This document shows, in pieces, positions 46,257 to 58,734 of a stretch of 64,000 nt of DNA; within the stretch, counting starts at the first letter, position 1, and every line of letters begins with the position of its first letter. Source of the DNA: Macrostomum hystrix (Eukaryota; Animalia; Platyhelminthes). A program made the position numbers and the translations under genes. The DNA lies in the NCBI GenBank assembly GCA_950097015.1, contig CATNEN010000039.1, positions 8,122,001 to 8,186,000 of the forward strand. The letters are read 5' to 3'. Below the pieces are notes generated by a model that was given only the letters and a program-made list of their open reading frames with translations, was not told the origin of the DNA and ran no database searches.

Positions 46257-47025
46257 TTAATCGGATAGATTGGAACATGTAAGTCCATGTTATGTTTGAG
46301 AGATACATAAAAATGTGCGTGTTTGAAATACCCGTGGTCTTATTACTGTTGAATGCTTTGACCTTCAGCGTTTTTTAACGTTGCTTGCGAGCTGGCAGAC
46401 GTCGTTGTTGAATAGATTTTTCTGTAACAAAGAAGTATATTTGCATACTTGACTTTTCAATTGCGTTGATCTTATCACCGGATCCAGAGAAAGCTCTCTA
46501 CTCGTGCGCTTAAGAAATCCCCTTTCCCCGTCTCTTCCCCTACAGTTCTCCCTCGCCCTGAAAGCTCACAGCAACTGCATAGAGGCACCTGCTTGCCGCC
46601 TTGCCAACTGCGAAGGGGTCGAAGATGTAACTCGAGAGTTGGAGTTACACGAGCTAGAAGCCACTTCTTTTTAGCACCATATTGGGAAATCGATTCCGAG
46701 CTCAGATGCAATGTCTCACGTACTCTCCCGAGAGAGTGAGATAAAAATTAAATATTTAAACGAGACTCAAATCGCGTTGAGCCGGTCAAATTGGTCTCGG
46801 AGGCCGTGCTGAGTGTGAATTAGTGCGTGTAATTGGCTTCATAAAATTCAGACTAGAACTAATCCACTTTGATGAATTATGCATTTTTCTAGGCTTTCCA
46901 AAAGCAATGGCTTACTTTAAAAGGTACATTTCAAGCAGGGGTCAGTGCTTGCTTCCGATTTTAACACTTCACTGCAGTCAGCTAGCTCTGAGACAGCAGA
47001 ATGGCAACCGCCTCAGGCTGCGGGC

Positions 47026-47262
47026 TTGGACCCCAGAGAGGTGGCAGCGATGGGATTTGGATCCCAGAGAGGTGGCAGCGATGGGATTTGGACCCCAGAG
47101 AGGTGGCAGCGATGGGATTTGGACCCCAGAGAGGTGGCAGCGATGGGATTTGGACCCCAGAGAGGTGGCAGCGATGGGATTTGGACCCCAGAGAGGTGGC
47201 AGCGATGGGATTTGGACCCCAGAGAGGTGGCAGCGATGGGATTTGGACCCCAGAGAGGTGGC
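47026..47262. repeat. 31-bp minisatellite TTGGACCCCAGAGAGGTGGCAGCGATGGGAT
   Basis: Direct inspection. Confidence 0.95.
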
Positions 47263-47745
47263 TGACACAGGTGGCTGACACAGTGCAGGTGTGGGTCATA
47301 GGTGACACAGTGCAGGTGTGGGTCATAGGTGACACAGTGCAGGTGTGGGTCATAGGTGACACAGTGCAGGTGTGGGTCATAGGTGACACAGTACAGGTGT
47401 GGGTCATAGGTGACACAGTGCAGGTGTGGGTCATAGGTGACACAGTGCAGGTGTGGGTCATAGGTGACACAGTGCAGGTGTGGGTCATAGGTGACACAGT
47501 GCAGGTGTGGGTCATAGGTGACAAAGTGCAGGTGTGGGTCATAGGTGACACAGTGCAGGTGTGGGTCATAGGTGACAAAGTGCAGGTGTGGGTCATTGGT
47601 GACACAGTGCAGGTGTGGGTCATAGGTGACACAGTGCAGGTGTGGGTCATTGGTGACACAGTGCAGGTGTGGGTCATAGGTGACACAGTGCAGGTGTGGG
47701 TCATAGGTGACACAGTGCAGGTGTGGGTCATAGGTGACATAGTAC
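47263..47745. repeat. 27-bp minisatellite GACACAGTGCAGGTGTGGGTCATAGGT
   Basis: Directly abuts the 31-bp array. Confidence 0.95.
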
Positions 47746-48874
47746 ACATGTCTTTAGTCGGCATGGGCCCGTTAAAGCCATGACTAGCTGGCTAATTAAA
47801 AAGGGTTAAGCAGTTGCTGCCAGGGGTGCTTTGTCCGCTCCAAAGCCCGGATTATGGGGAGACTACACCTTGTCTTGTTAGAGACAAATCAATTTCGATC
47901 GGCTTACGCATCGTGCATGAAAGAAATTACTTTAATTTCATGATAGATTAATTCCAACTCGGATTAGGCAGTTGTCCCAGCCAAGACAAAACCTGAGAGC
48001 AATGTCAAAGCTTTCATGGCAATTTTATTATAACTCTGTCTGGCTTAAACAGACTAGCGCTGGATTAACTCCAGGCTACAACTCCAAGCAATATCCTCTA
48101 TTTTCTCTCATTCTTTCTCGATCATTTCTCTCTATATATGGAGGCCGATTGACTGATTGATGCACTTCAATCATTTGAATCTACCAAGTCTAGTCTCAAA
48201 ATAGCGGGTTTTTGAAAGCCAGAAAATGATAATTCGAATTGCCCAAAGACCAAATTAACTAGATCGAAGCTGCCCAATGCCTGATGGCTTACAAAAAAAC
48301 AAATTCATAAGGCTATTCCTAGGCATAACCTGTGTAGCCCTCAGGAAAAAAAATAGCATGCACAGATTGACTGTCTTTGAATTAAATTTCTTTGAAAATC
48401 AGACAGAACTCATTCGAATATGTGTGCGTGATTGAGTTGGTTTCAATTATTAATAATATTAAATTTCTAAGAATAAATCTGGCGGAATGGATCAGCAGGT
48501 GGACGTATGTAATTGGCCGGCTTGCACTAAACATTCATAGCTTAATTAAAATAGAATCAGCACCTGAGCTCACCTGTCGAAAAAAATTGTGCAACCAGGA
48601 GTTATTAGGTCCGGTGTACTCATCCTGTTTGAGCAATAGGCATGGAGACAATATTAAAAATGTCCAGATGCAAGGCAAGTATACAAGTGCTGTTTTTACA
48701 ACCTTTTTACGTTATTATTGCTTAATAATTACAATACAAATAATTATTATTAATACGTAATAACATCTAGACTTTCTTAAAAACAAACACAGTTTTCCTA
48801 GCTGTGTTTCCTAGTTACCATAGTCATTCAGCATCTCGAGTTTTTCTCGAGATTTTTTTCAGAAATCCTATTCT

Positions 48875-49156
48875 GGTAATAGGGACATCAGGTGTTTGGG
48901 ACATCAGGTAATAGGGACTTCAGGTAATATGGACTTCAGGTAATATTGACTTCAGGTGTTAGGGACTTCAGGTAATAGGGACATCAGTTGTTTGGGACTT
49001 CAGGTAATATGGACTTCAGGTAATAGGGACTTCAGGTAATAGGGACTTCAGGTAATAGGGACTTCAGGTAATAGGGACTTCAGGTAATATGGACTTCAGG
49101 TAATAGGGACTTCAGGTAATATGGACTTCAGGTAATAGGGACTTCAGGTAATAGGG
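48875..49156. repeat. 16-bp minisatellite GGGACTTCAGGTAATA
   Basis: Direct inspection. Confidence 0.95.
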
Positions 49157-49342
49157 AGAGAATGCTTGTCGTGCAATTCACGACCTTGCGGGCCAACCTC
49201 CAAGGCACATTGTGAGTGTACACTGCCTAACGATGAGAAAGTCAGGGCAGATGTACATATTTGTGTGCGTGTGTGCTCAGGAGTCAGCGGAATGGGCAGA
49301 ATTGCCTCCTTGCTGGCTGCGTGGTTTAGTGTCACCAAATCC
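49157..49342 (+). mobile_element. SINE family B, partial copy
   Basis: Body match; 5' part replaced by a 16-bp array. Confidence 0.75.
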
Positions 49343-50079
49343 GAGTATTGTGACTGCTAGGAGCCCTGGATCCAGCCAGCTGCGTTCATCATTTTCTACT
49401 AATTGCCATTTTTACAACTTTTCGCAGAATTTGACTCCATAAATGATGAACACAGATTTAAGACTTGGATTAGTCATGTTTTTTATATTTCCGCTCGAAC
49501 CCTACTACCCCCACTCAACGGATGTAGTTTAAAATCGTTAAATATGATTAACAACTTGTTAAAGGTATTTGAAAAGTGTCAAATTTGAATCTTTATTTCT
49601 TTGCAACACGGTGTAAAGCGAAATTGAAAGTCCAATCAAAGGCACAAACGTTGGGTCCGATTATCGTGTTACTTTTGAATGTGAGAAAAGTGAAGTACAG
49701 CCCAGTTTTATTTTTTGTTTAATTGCAAGCTCAAAAACATTAAAAAGCATTTCAAAACACGAGTCTTCATTCGAGTTAAAGCAAAAGAATGAGATTTTTT
49801 GTTAAGAATTTTCTCTTCCTTTTAAGCTTCAATTGCTATGGCTATTAAAACAGAAATGAATAAAACTGAATTTAATAAGGTAAACACAAACACAGCAACC
49901 AACTCGCAAACATTTTGACAGCTAGCTGGCCTTACTAAGATACCATGCAAAAAGTAAATCCAACAACGGAATGATTTCAAACAGAATACTAAAACAAGAC
50001 GAGAGTTTACTGACTTCTCACAACGACAGATTAAAAACAATCGATTGTAAAACGGTGACCCGTGCTGTGTGAAAAATAT

Positions 50080-50340
50080 CAATAACAACTTCAGGAGAGC
50101 TGCGGGCAATGGCACATAATCTATTTCAAATGGCCCGTTTCGCTGACTCCTGAGCTCACACGCACACAGATATGTACATCTGCCCTGACTTTCTCATCAT
50201 CAGGCAGTGTGTACACTTTCACTGTGCCTTGAAGGTTAGCGTAAATAGTACGACAAGCCCTCTTACCGCGGAGTCGAGCTCAGGGACCTTGGTGCGAGCG
50301 GCAAACGCGTTAGACTGCTCTGCCACTCTCTCTCCCCACC
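50080..50340 (-). mobile_element. SINE family B copy with deletions
   Basis: Reverse-complement match. Confidence 0.72.
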
Positions 50341-50624
50341 ATAGAAACTTACATACGAGTATATCCTTTATGATTTGCATGGAGCTAGATATAGGAACAA
50401 AATACTTTCGCGCAAAAATGACACCCAAATCCCACCACTCCCCATTACAACCCCCACCCACGTTAGCTGCTCTGCCACTCCCCATCGTGCTGTGTGAAAA
50501 GCAAGCCTCAGATTGTTAAGTAATTGTCAATGAAAATTTGTTCGCAGAAACGTCAGCTTTTATAAGAATTAAACTGGTCAAATCTGTCGCGGGCATATAT
50601 CAGCGTTTACAATGGGCAGCCTTC

Positions 50625-52617
50625 TTAACAGCGACTTCGGCAAATTCGTTCGGCGCAGAGTAGTTTGACGTGTCGCCAGCGTCGTCGCAGGTTTCGCCGA
50701 AAGCGACGGCCGACCAGGCAGTAAAAGTAGAAATTGGCCGCGTGGTTGCAGTACATGAGAAGGCGGACGCAGGTCTCGGCTAGGCGGACGCGGGCGTATG
50801 CAGCCGGGTCAGTTTCCGCTGCGGCCAGAGCTGGCCAACCCGAGGCCGTTAGCAATTTGAACAGGGTGATGGGCAAACAGGTGCACAAGAAGAAGCCGGA
50901 CACTAGAAGCAGCATTATTGTCACCTGGAATGGTTGTGCAACAGGCTTAGCAACACTCATAGCAACACTGAAATTGTTCATTAATAATACTCGTAATTAA
51001 TAAGAATAATAATTGCAGGAGGCAGTTTCAGTGTCGGGCAATGGCACATCATTTGGTGACACTTGACCCTCAGCCAGAGGAAGCAATTCTGCTCATTTCA
51101 CTGACTCCTCAGCATACACGCACAGATGCCGTACACAGCCACGCACTCGCGCAGGTGTGTACATCTGCCCTGACTTTCTCATCGTAAAGCAGTGTAAACT
51201 TTCACTGTTCTTTGGAGTTTGGCCCAAGAGGGCGTACATTGCACGACAAGCCCTCCAAGCCTTCTCTCCGCGGCTGCGCCCCAAATCAATGTGGCCTCGC
51301 CGCGGAATCGAGCTCAGGGACCTCAGAGAGCTCAGAGAGCTCAGGGATCGAGCGTGATTTTTTGTTTGAGTAGGTCTAATGAGGCAAACTGGTGTGAAGT
51401 ACTTCACTCACCTGGCGCACACTTCTTTCGTACTGCCGTCGGCCGCTGTCCAGCGAGTCGTCCCCGCTGGACCTGGGCACCAGCAGGAGCAGCGGGGTCA
51501 CATTGTGCTTAGTGTTGGAGCTGTCGCTAGCATTGGCATTGGCGATCGCTCTGGCATTGGCGCTGATGTTGACATTGTTGACGAGGTTGTTCGACAAAGC
51601 CGAGAAGCCGTGAAGGCCGGCGAGTCGGGCTCGGGAAACTGCGGTAAAGTTTTCAGTTGAAATCACTTGCCAATCAAAGTCGCGTCAATTAAATTGAATG
51701 GCTTCCATTTTTGGAATTTACTTTTGTACTTTTAGATTTGTAGCACTTACCTTTTTTTAGCAGCCGTCTACAAACCGACTGAAATAACAGAAAACTGTGG
51801 AAAAAGCAAGCCCCGGCCAGTCGGCCGGAAGTTTCTCACCTGCAGCTCGGTGGTCCTCGCTCATCCGAGGCGCCATCGCCATGGAGCCGTAGCGAATTCG
51901 GCGAGACCTCTGCAGGCGGCACAGGATGACGCAGTTGCATGCCAGCATTGTGCTCAGCGGCAGCAGTGAGTAGAGCGCCAGGTCGAACCACGCGAGCAGC
52001 GAGCGCAGCCATCCGGCTCCGACCGAGCTGTCCAGATCGCAGCGCACGCTGCCGACATCGCCGAGGCCGTTGCTGCTGTTCCTCGAATCCGAGCTGGCGT
52101 TGCTAGGAGCCGACGGCTCGCGGCGCAAGCGCAGCAGAGCCAGCCAGTGGCCGCTGAGCGCCAGGCAGATCAGCAGCAGGGCCGGCAGGCAGATCCGACT
52201 GCGCGCCAGGCTGGCCTGAACCCGCGGCCAGGGCCAGACAATTGCGGCGCGCTCCAGCGTCACGGCCGTCAGGCTCAGCACGGAGGCGTAGGACGCCCCG
52301 GTCAGCAGGGCGTGAGTGGACGCGCAGGCAGCGTCGCTCAAGATGTCGGTGTGCCAGCCGCGCGCCTGCTGAAGCCAGCGACGCAGCAGCCCGGCTAGCA
52401 ATGTCACCTGGTCAGCGCCGGCCAGCAGGATCAAGTAGGCGAAGGTGCTGCCGGTGCGGCCTCCGCCCGCGCCGCCCCAGAGGCCGCAGATGCTGAGAAT
52501 GTTGCCCATTGTGCCGAGGAGAAGAATCGGCGGAGGTCCCGCCAGCAGGAGCCACTTGTGGGCCCTGTACGCCGGGTACTCGGCATACAGCAGCTCCTCG
52601 TACGGTTCCAAATACAT
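50625..52617 (-). CDS. Rhodopsin-class (class A) 7TM GPCR, invertebrate neuropeptide/FMRFamide-receptor-like (~434 aa)
   Basis: Exons 52617-51840, 51638-51412, 50924-50625, phase-consistent. TM1 GTMGNILS, TM2 YLILLAGAD, TM3 TLER, TM5 LLPLSTMLACN, TM6 VTIMLLLVSGFFLCTCLP, TM7 NHAANFYFYCLVGRRFR. Confidence 0.88.
51005..51322 (-). mobile_element. SINE family B copy in GPCR intron 2
   Basis: Reverse-complement match. Confidence 0.78.
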
Positions 52618-53414
52618 TGCGGATTCAAGAGTCGAAACCAGTAAAACGCGCCCGGCAAGTGGCGGCAGGGCGGGGTTTAAAAAGCGAAGAAGCTGATGGG
52701 GCTGTCCTGGCAAGTCTGAGTGCAGATTCCCGGGGGGGGTTCTATGAAGGGCGTGGGATTATCTCCTCAGAAAAGTACTCGTCACTCCACCCCGTCCCGC
52801 CCAGACGACAGCGCCAAAGCCCGAAGCGACCAATCCAAGGCGGGTTCGCTGATTCGCGAATTGCCAAGGCGAGGTGACGCGCTCAACTGTCACGTTCTGT
52901 CACATTTCTAAGCTGCTTGCGAATGACTGAAAAAAAAACAAAAAACTCTGGACTGGTATATAGAGAAAGAGACAGAACAATGTCGTGACAGGGCTGAAAA
53001 AATAACTTAGCAACCTTTATTGCATTCCACATAGCAAAAAAGCCTAATTTAGCTCTAATTACAAGCAAGCCAGCACCTCAGGATTACCTATGAATGGTAG
53101 GTATTTTGACAGTGAAAGAAATATATTGTTAGCAATTTGCTAGTCGTAGCGTTGAAAGTGAAGTGAGTCGCCTGTTTGTCGTCAACAGTCACACAATCGT
53201 CAGTCACAGTAGACACTCAGTCCGAGTATGGGCCTATGCGTTGTACAGGTTCAGCCAATCGGACTAGGGGGTTTAACTGCGACCAGTCAAATTTTGACCC
53301 AGCTCGTAATTATAGCGCCACCAAGTCGAGAATTGGTTTACTTAACGACACAAATTCTTGTTAACTTTGGCCGAGAAACGAGCTCTCGACCTCACCTTCA
53401 GAATTGCAAAGATT

Positions 53415-53552
53415 TTAGCTTAGTGGTTAGAGCGTCAGACTCACGACTTAAAGGTCGGGGGTTCGATTCCCTACTCCCGATATCATTTGTATCATTTAGC
53501 AAGGCACTTAACTCTGCATTGCTTCAGTTCACCCAGCTGCTAAATGGGTCGC
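53415..53552 (+). mobile_element. SINE family A, 5' part
   Basis: tRNA head plus CORE-like segment. Confidence 0.75.
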
Positions 53553-53943
53553 ATAAGGCCGCAGCATTTCTATTTAGCTGTCAGCGCGAGATAAGAACAG
53601 CTGCAAGCCTAAAGTACATTTGCAGCTCAAACTTTAACTAAGAACAGGCTTGCAGTGTGCGGCTCGGCACCAGACCCGTCCTCCGAATCACTCCGACCCA
53701 AAGACAACGCCTCGCTGCACGTGCCAACCCGCGGGAGGAAGGATTTTCTTAGAAACAGAGTAAATCCCTTGCCGACTCAGAGGCTGCGGCACGGGCAGTT
53801 TAGAGATGGACGTGCTGCTGTGCCCAGGGTGGAACTTATTGCACGCCAACTTTGAGAACCAACCCGGCCCTCGATTTGAGTTATCGGTTTTTATTTCTTA
53901 GGGAGCTGTGGCCCACCGACGAATTTTTGCACGTTTTAATAAT

Positions 53944-54250
53944 ATAATAATAATAATTGATTACACCTGCCCCAATTGGGTCAGATGTGCAGCCGACAGC
54001 ACAGCCGCAGCTAATGCGCGGCGCATCTGAAGGCTGCGTACAGCTGTTCAGTCCACGGACTGGGGGGACGCCACACCCACCTTCAATTATCCCAGCTGAT
54101 GCTGGTACCCATTTAACAGCTGGGTGAACTGAAGCAATGCAGAGTTAAGTGTTTTGCTAAAGGACGCAAATTGTTCCAGTGGAGTCGGGAATCGAACCCC
54201 CGACCTTCAAGTCGTGAGTCCGACGCCCTAACCACTAGGCTACAACCTCT
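53944..54250 (-). mobile_element. SINE family A (tRNA head plus CORE/MIR-like body), full-length copy
   Basis: A box TAGCCTAGTGG, B box GGTTCGATTCC; body GTCCTTTAGCAA.ACACTTAACTCTGCATTGCTTCAGTTCACCCAGCTGTTAAATGGG; (ATT)n tail; TSD acgttttaa(t/c)aat. Confidence 0.85.
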
Positions 54251-54989
54251 ACGTTTTAACAATTTAAAACGTTTTTAAATTCGTCTAACGTTTTACCTGC
54301 ACGTTTTAACAATTCTAACAATGAGACAGTACTATCTTCTGCCTACTCCGCTGACACCTGAGCACACAAACACACAGACACACAGGGGTTAGGCCCTTTA
54401 TGTCATTCTCTCAGCGGAGAAAAATGAGCTACGCCTCGCCGCGGAATCGAGCTCGCGGACCTTGCCGCGAACGGCCAGCGTTCCGCAACCAAATATTTCG
54501 CACCTTATTCAAGAAAGCAAAATTAACTTTCGCCCGCAGTTCTGCCAGCCTGAAAACAGTCTGAAAACTGAACAGCTAAAGCAAATGAACTTCTCCTTAC
54601 AGCTAACCTTGGCTGTAGCAGGGGGTGTCGAGGGTGTCCAGTTTGGCCGAATTCGTAAACAAACTGCAGTGAAAGCCTCTAATATCGCCCTCCGCTTTCA
54701 AGTCCTCTGCTGTCGGGTCTGATGTTTCCAAGCTAAGCTGTGGCTGGGTCACGTGCCAATTAGACTAATTGGTAACAACATTCGATTTTCAATTTTCAGA
54801 GATTTAGCGAGCATTAACACTCAGCATACTACTAACGCTTCAACAAATAAGTAGGAGTTTGAAAATCTTATGTCGAAATTTCGGATCGTCTTAAGGCGTT
54901 TAAATTAGAGATTTTTAGATTCCATTATTTAAATTTTACCTAGTGAACTGAAAAAGGAATGCATGTCTGAAAAAACGTGAGCTAAATGA

Positions 54990-55730
54990 ACTTGGTTGCT
55001 AAAAGCAGAACACTGCTTCAGTTGTCTAACAAGTCTCGCGTGTCTTACCGACCTTGGTTTCTAAAAATAGAGCACTGACTGCAGTCTACCAAGCATCACA
55101 TCCTAACCAACCTTGAATGCTAAAAATAGAACACTGCTTCCGTTTACCAAGCATCACGTGCCAACCAACCTTGGATGCTAAAAATAGAACACTGCTTCCG
55201 TTTACCAAGCATCACGTGCCAACCAACCTTGGATGCTAAAAATAGAACACTGCTTCCGTTTACCAAGCATCACGTGCCAACCAACCTTGGATGCTAAAAA
55301 AGAACACTGCTTTAGTCTACCAAGCATCACGTGCCAACCAACCTTGGATGCTAAAAAAGAACACTGCTTTAGTCTACCAAGCATCACGTGCCAACCAACC
55401 TTGGATGCTAAAAAAGAACACTGCTTTAGTCTACCAAGCATCACGTGCTAACCAACCTTGGATGCTAAAAATAGAACACTGTTTCCGTTTACCAAGCATC
55501 ACGTGCCAACCAACCTTGGATGCTAAAAATAGAACACTGCTGCAGTCTACCAAGCATCACGTGCCAACCAACCTTGGATGCTAAAAATAGAACACTGTTT
55601 CCGTATACCAAGCATCACGTGCCAACCAACCTTGGATGCTAAAAATAGAACACTGCTGCAGTCTACCAAGCATCACGTGCCAACCAACCTTGGATGCTAA
55701 AGACAGAACACAGCTTCAGTCTACCAAGTA
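54990..55730. repeat. 57-58-bp minisatellite containing CACGTG
   Basis: taccaagcatcacgtgccaaccaaccttggatgctaaaaatagaacactgc..., ~11 copies. Confidence 0.93.
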
Positions 55731-56811
55731 ACAAGTGTCTGCTACCCGAATATTAAATTTATCAGATCTTGCCAAAAATGTTCGGCAAAAAATTGCTTGA
55801 ATGTGGCTTCAGTGCTAGAGTCCACGCAAAAAAGAATCGGGCAGTTTTCAGCAAATTTGCAGTAAACAGAGCTACACCAAAACGGCAGCACTGCCTCCAA
55901 TTATAAAAGCAAAGTTGCTAACTGAAGTTGCATTCCATGGCCCATCAGAAGCTCTTGAGAACCGGCAGCTGCATGGCGGTGGAGAGTACTGGGCGCAACT
56001 CAAGCTCAATTTAAGCCCAACTGTGACGTCATTTCGATGACAGAATAGCTTCCCCAAGTCTGCAGGCCAAAAAATATTGTGGCAAAAGCAAGTCTGTCTT
56101 GGCTCTATTATATTCTGTCTCCTTTAAATTATTTGCCTCTTTCAGTGTCATCGGCCGCAGGCAAACTCAAGACAGGCTCCTTCAGTTTCTTTAACAAAAA
56201 AGAAGTGGCGTTTTCTCACTGTTCTCAGTCTCACTGAACTCTTGCTTTTGTCTGCCCCTCAGCAGATGCAGCCCTGCTGAGGCACCTGGGCCTATTTTTA
56301 GAGGGTAAAGGAACGACTCAAGCAAGAAGTAGACGGATTGGAGAAAGCTGTGCAAAGGCTGCTGCTGCTGCTGCTGAGGAAGTGGGTGCTGGAGGCTGGG
56401 GTGGGCGGTATTTATCGATCTCCTATTGGGGGTGAAACAACAGGCCCGACAAGGGATGTGGGGGGACAATGCTTCCCAAACATAAAGTAGAGGAGGTGGG
56501 CCAACTTCCACATTGACCAGCGCAGAGAGGAGAAAGACTGAGAGAGAAAGAGCGTTTGAGAATAGAATGCAGTTGCCAAGCAGAGGTCGAGGTGTGAGAC
56601 TCAAGTCTTGAGTCCGTTTGCTCAGAAGCCGTAGCTCAGCAAGGTCAGAGACTCGCCCGGGCAACCCTGATGTCAGGGAAGGTGACAGGGAAGTTTGGCA
56701 TATCAAGCAAAAATGCAAATTACCAGTTACCACTGGTACCACTAATTACCAAGGTGGGATTTTTATACTGACAATACGCTCGTATCTGACAATTCTTTTC
56801 TTTTATTTTCC

Positions 56812-57288
56812 AGCTTTTCAGACCGTCGAGATATTCAATGGGTCTGGCCGAAGGTCAGATTTTTCCCATAAGCGCTAGTGTATTTCATGCACCCCTATAC
56901 ATAAATTAGCACTGCGCCTCAGTGCGGCCTTGCCAGGCCTTCAAAATTTATCAGCATGTCACCCGAATGTGCCTGCATCATCTCCGTCTTCGGTGGTCAC
57001 CTACCTTTATCTAGACGGACTGCTGGACCTTCAAGGGCTACAACAGGTGGAACTAGGCCACTATTGACTCCTTGACGCGAATTTATCCAATTTCACTGAT
57101 CAAGACTAAATCAATACTAGACTTAGGTGCAGCTCAACCACAGGACACCATCGTCTGGTCTGTCAAACAATCAGCCACCACTCAACGCTGTTAGCATTCA
57201 GGCGCTGCCAAAAACTTTTCAGTGGGGGGGGAATTCGCCCCCTGGTTTAAAAACGTACGGCAAAATGGCTTGGTAGTCCTACTGTTAA
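56812..57288. mobile_element. MITE family C copy (inverted, one end truncated)
   Basis: Reverse-complement match ending cttggtagtcctactg|ttaa. Confidence 0.78.
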
Positions 57289-57659
57289 TTGTCTCGCACC
57301 TATCTATAGATCTATAGACTCTCACCAACTAAGCAACTAATAATTAAACATCATTATGGGCTCAGAAAAATGTCTGTGGGTTGAGTAGACTTCTAAGACT
57401 GCGTCGACTGCCCAGCAGGTGGCAGCAGTCATGAGGGCCGCCGCCAGTCATTTAGTCAGTCCAGCCAGCTGCAAGAAAATTAAAAACAGCTTCTACTCGT
57501 ATAGTGCGTCAGCAGGCACTATCCCCCTTATATTACATTTCACAATCCCATCAAGTCAATACAGATTTTTCATTTAACTAAGCATACGTGTGCGCTGATC
57601 ACTGATTAATATCTTTTGGATCAAGCCAATCGAATTGAAACAAACTCAAAAGACAACTA

Positions 57660-58126
57660 ATGCCACAATGCCACAGTGCCACAATGCCACAATGCCACAA
57701 TGCCACAATACCACAATGCCACAATACCACAATGCCACAATGCCACAATACCACAATGCCACAATGCCACAATGCCACAATGCCACAATGCCACAATGCC
57801 ACAATGCCACAATGCCACAATGCCACAATGCCACAATGCCACAATGCCACAATGCCACAATGCCACAATGCCACAATGCCACAATGCCACAATGCCACAA
57901 TGCCACAATGCCACAATACCACAATGCCACAATGCCACAATGCCACAATACCACAATGCCACAATGCCACAATGCCACAATACCACAATGCCACAATACC
58001 ACAATGCCACAATGCCACAATACCACAATGCCACAATGCCACAATGCCACAATGCCACAATGCCACAATGCCACAATGCCACAATACCACAATGCCACAA
58101 TGCCACAATACCACAATGCCACAATG
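57660..58126. repeat. 8-bp microsatellite AT(G/A)CCACA
   Basis: Direct inspection. Confidence 0.95.
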
Positions 58127-58734
58127 ATACAAAATTCATAAGCCCCGTTGGGTCCACGCTTAGCGAAGATTTTATTCTGATAATTAGCGCATAAAATGAG
58201 AAGCACTTGCTGAAATCTCAGCTCAGTTGAAATCTCAATTTATTAAAACTGTGTATTTCTGACCAATTGTAAAAGTCCAACTAAGCCTTATTGAATATTG
58301 CAAGAAATGAAAACAATTGTAAAGCCGACAGCAGCTTGTTCGGCAGACAATAGATTAACAAATTAGTCCACAGCCGGCGCTATAGAAGTGCACATGCCCT
58401 ATAAATAGACTTTCTGAGCTTCTGTGCGTTAGGGGAGAAACTTTTCTGCTATAAAAAGCAGCTCCATCGACGAGCAAACATTGAGAAACTAGACAGAAAG
58501 AAATGTAGAACTCAAAGTGGGAAATGACATCTTTAGTGCTGACTCTTTGAAGTGAACTGCGGCGCCAGATTTAGCTAAGCGAAGCAAAAGCACAGCCATC
58601 CCTATCTGCCTGCTACTAGAAGAAAATAAGGCAAACAGCAAGCGAATGTTTGTGGTTAGGAATAAAAAGAGAGCTTGCTAAATAGCGACTTAGAGTTGAT
58701 GTACTTGGCTTGAAGGCTATTCGCCTGATTGGTG

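Noticed and set aside
54178-54250. tRNA-Val-like gene (also ~4035-4105, 53415-53480 and a tRNA-like stub at ~12393-12450)
   Set aside because: Continues into SINE body and tail, or is degenerate; treated as SINE heads rather than functional tRNAs.
56191-56742. 183-aa ORF with short polyQ
   Set aside because: No recognisable domain, no ATG context or splice partners found.
2064-58206. CRISPR-like appearance of 20-30-bp repeats, and long repetitive ORFs (8014, 14859, 16823, 39244, 47001, 57599 etc.)
   Set aside because: Units are directly tandem with no unique spacers and no cas genes; the ORFs are periodic translations of intronic or intergenic arrays.
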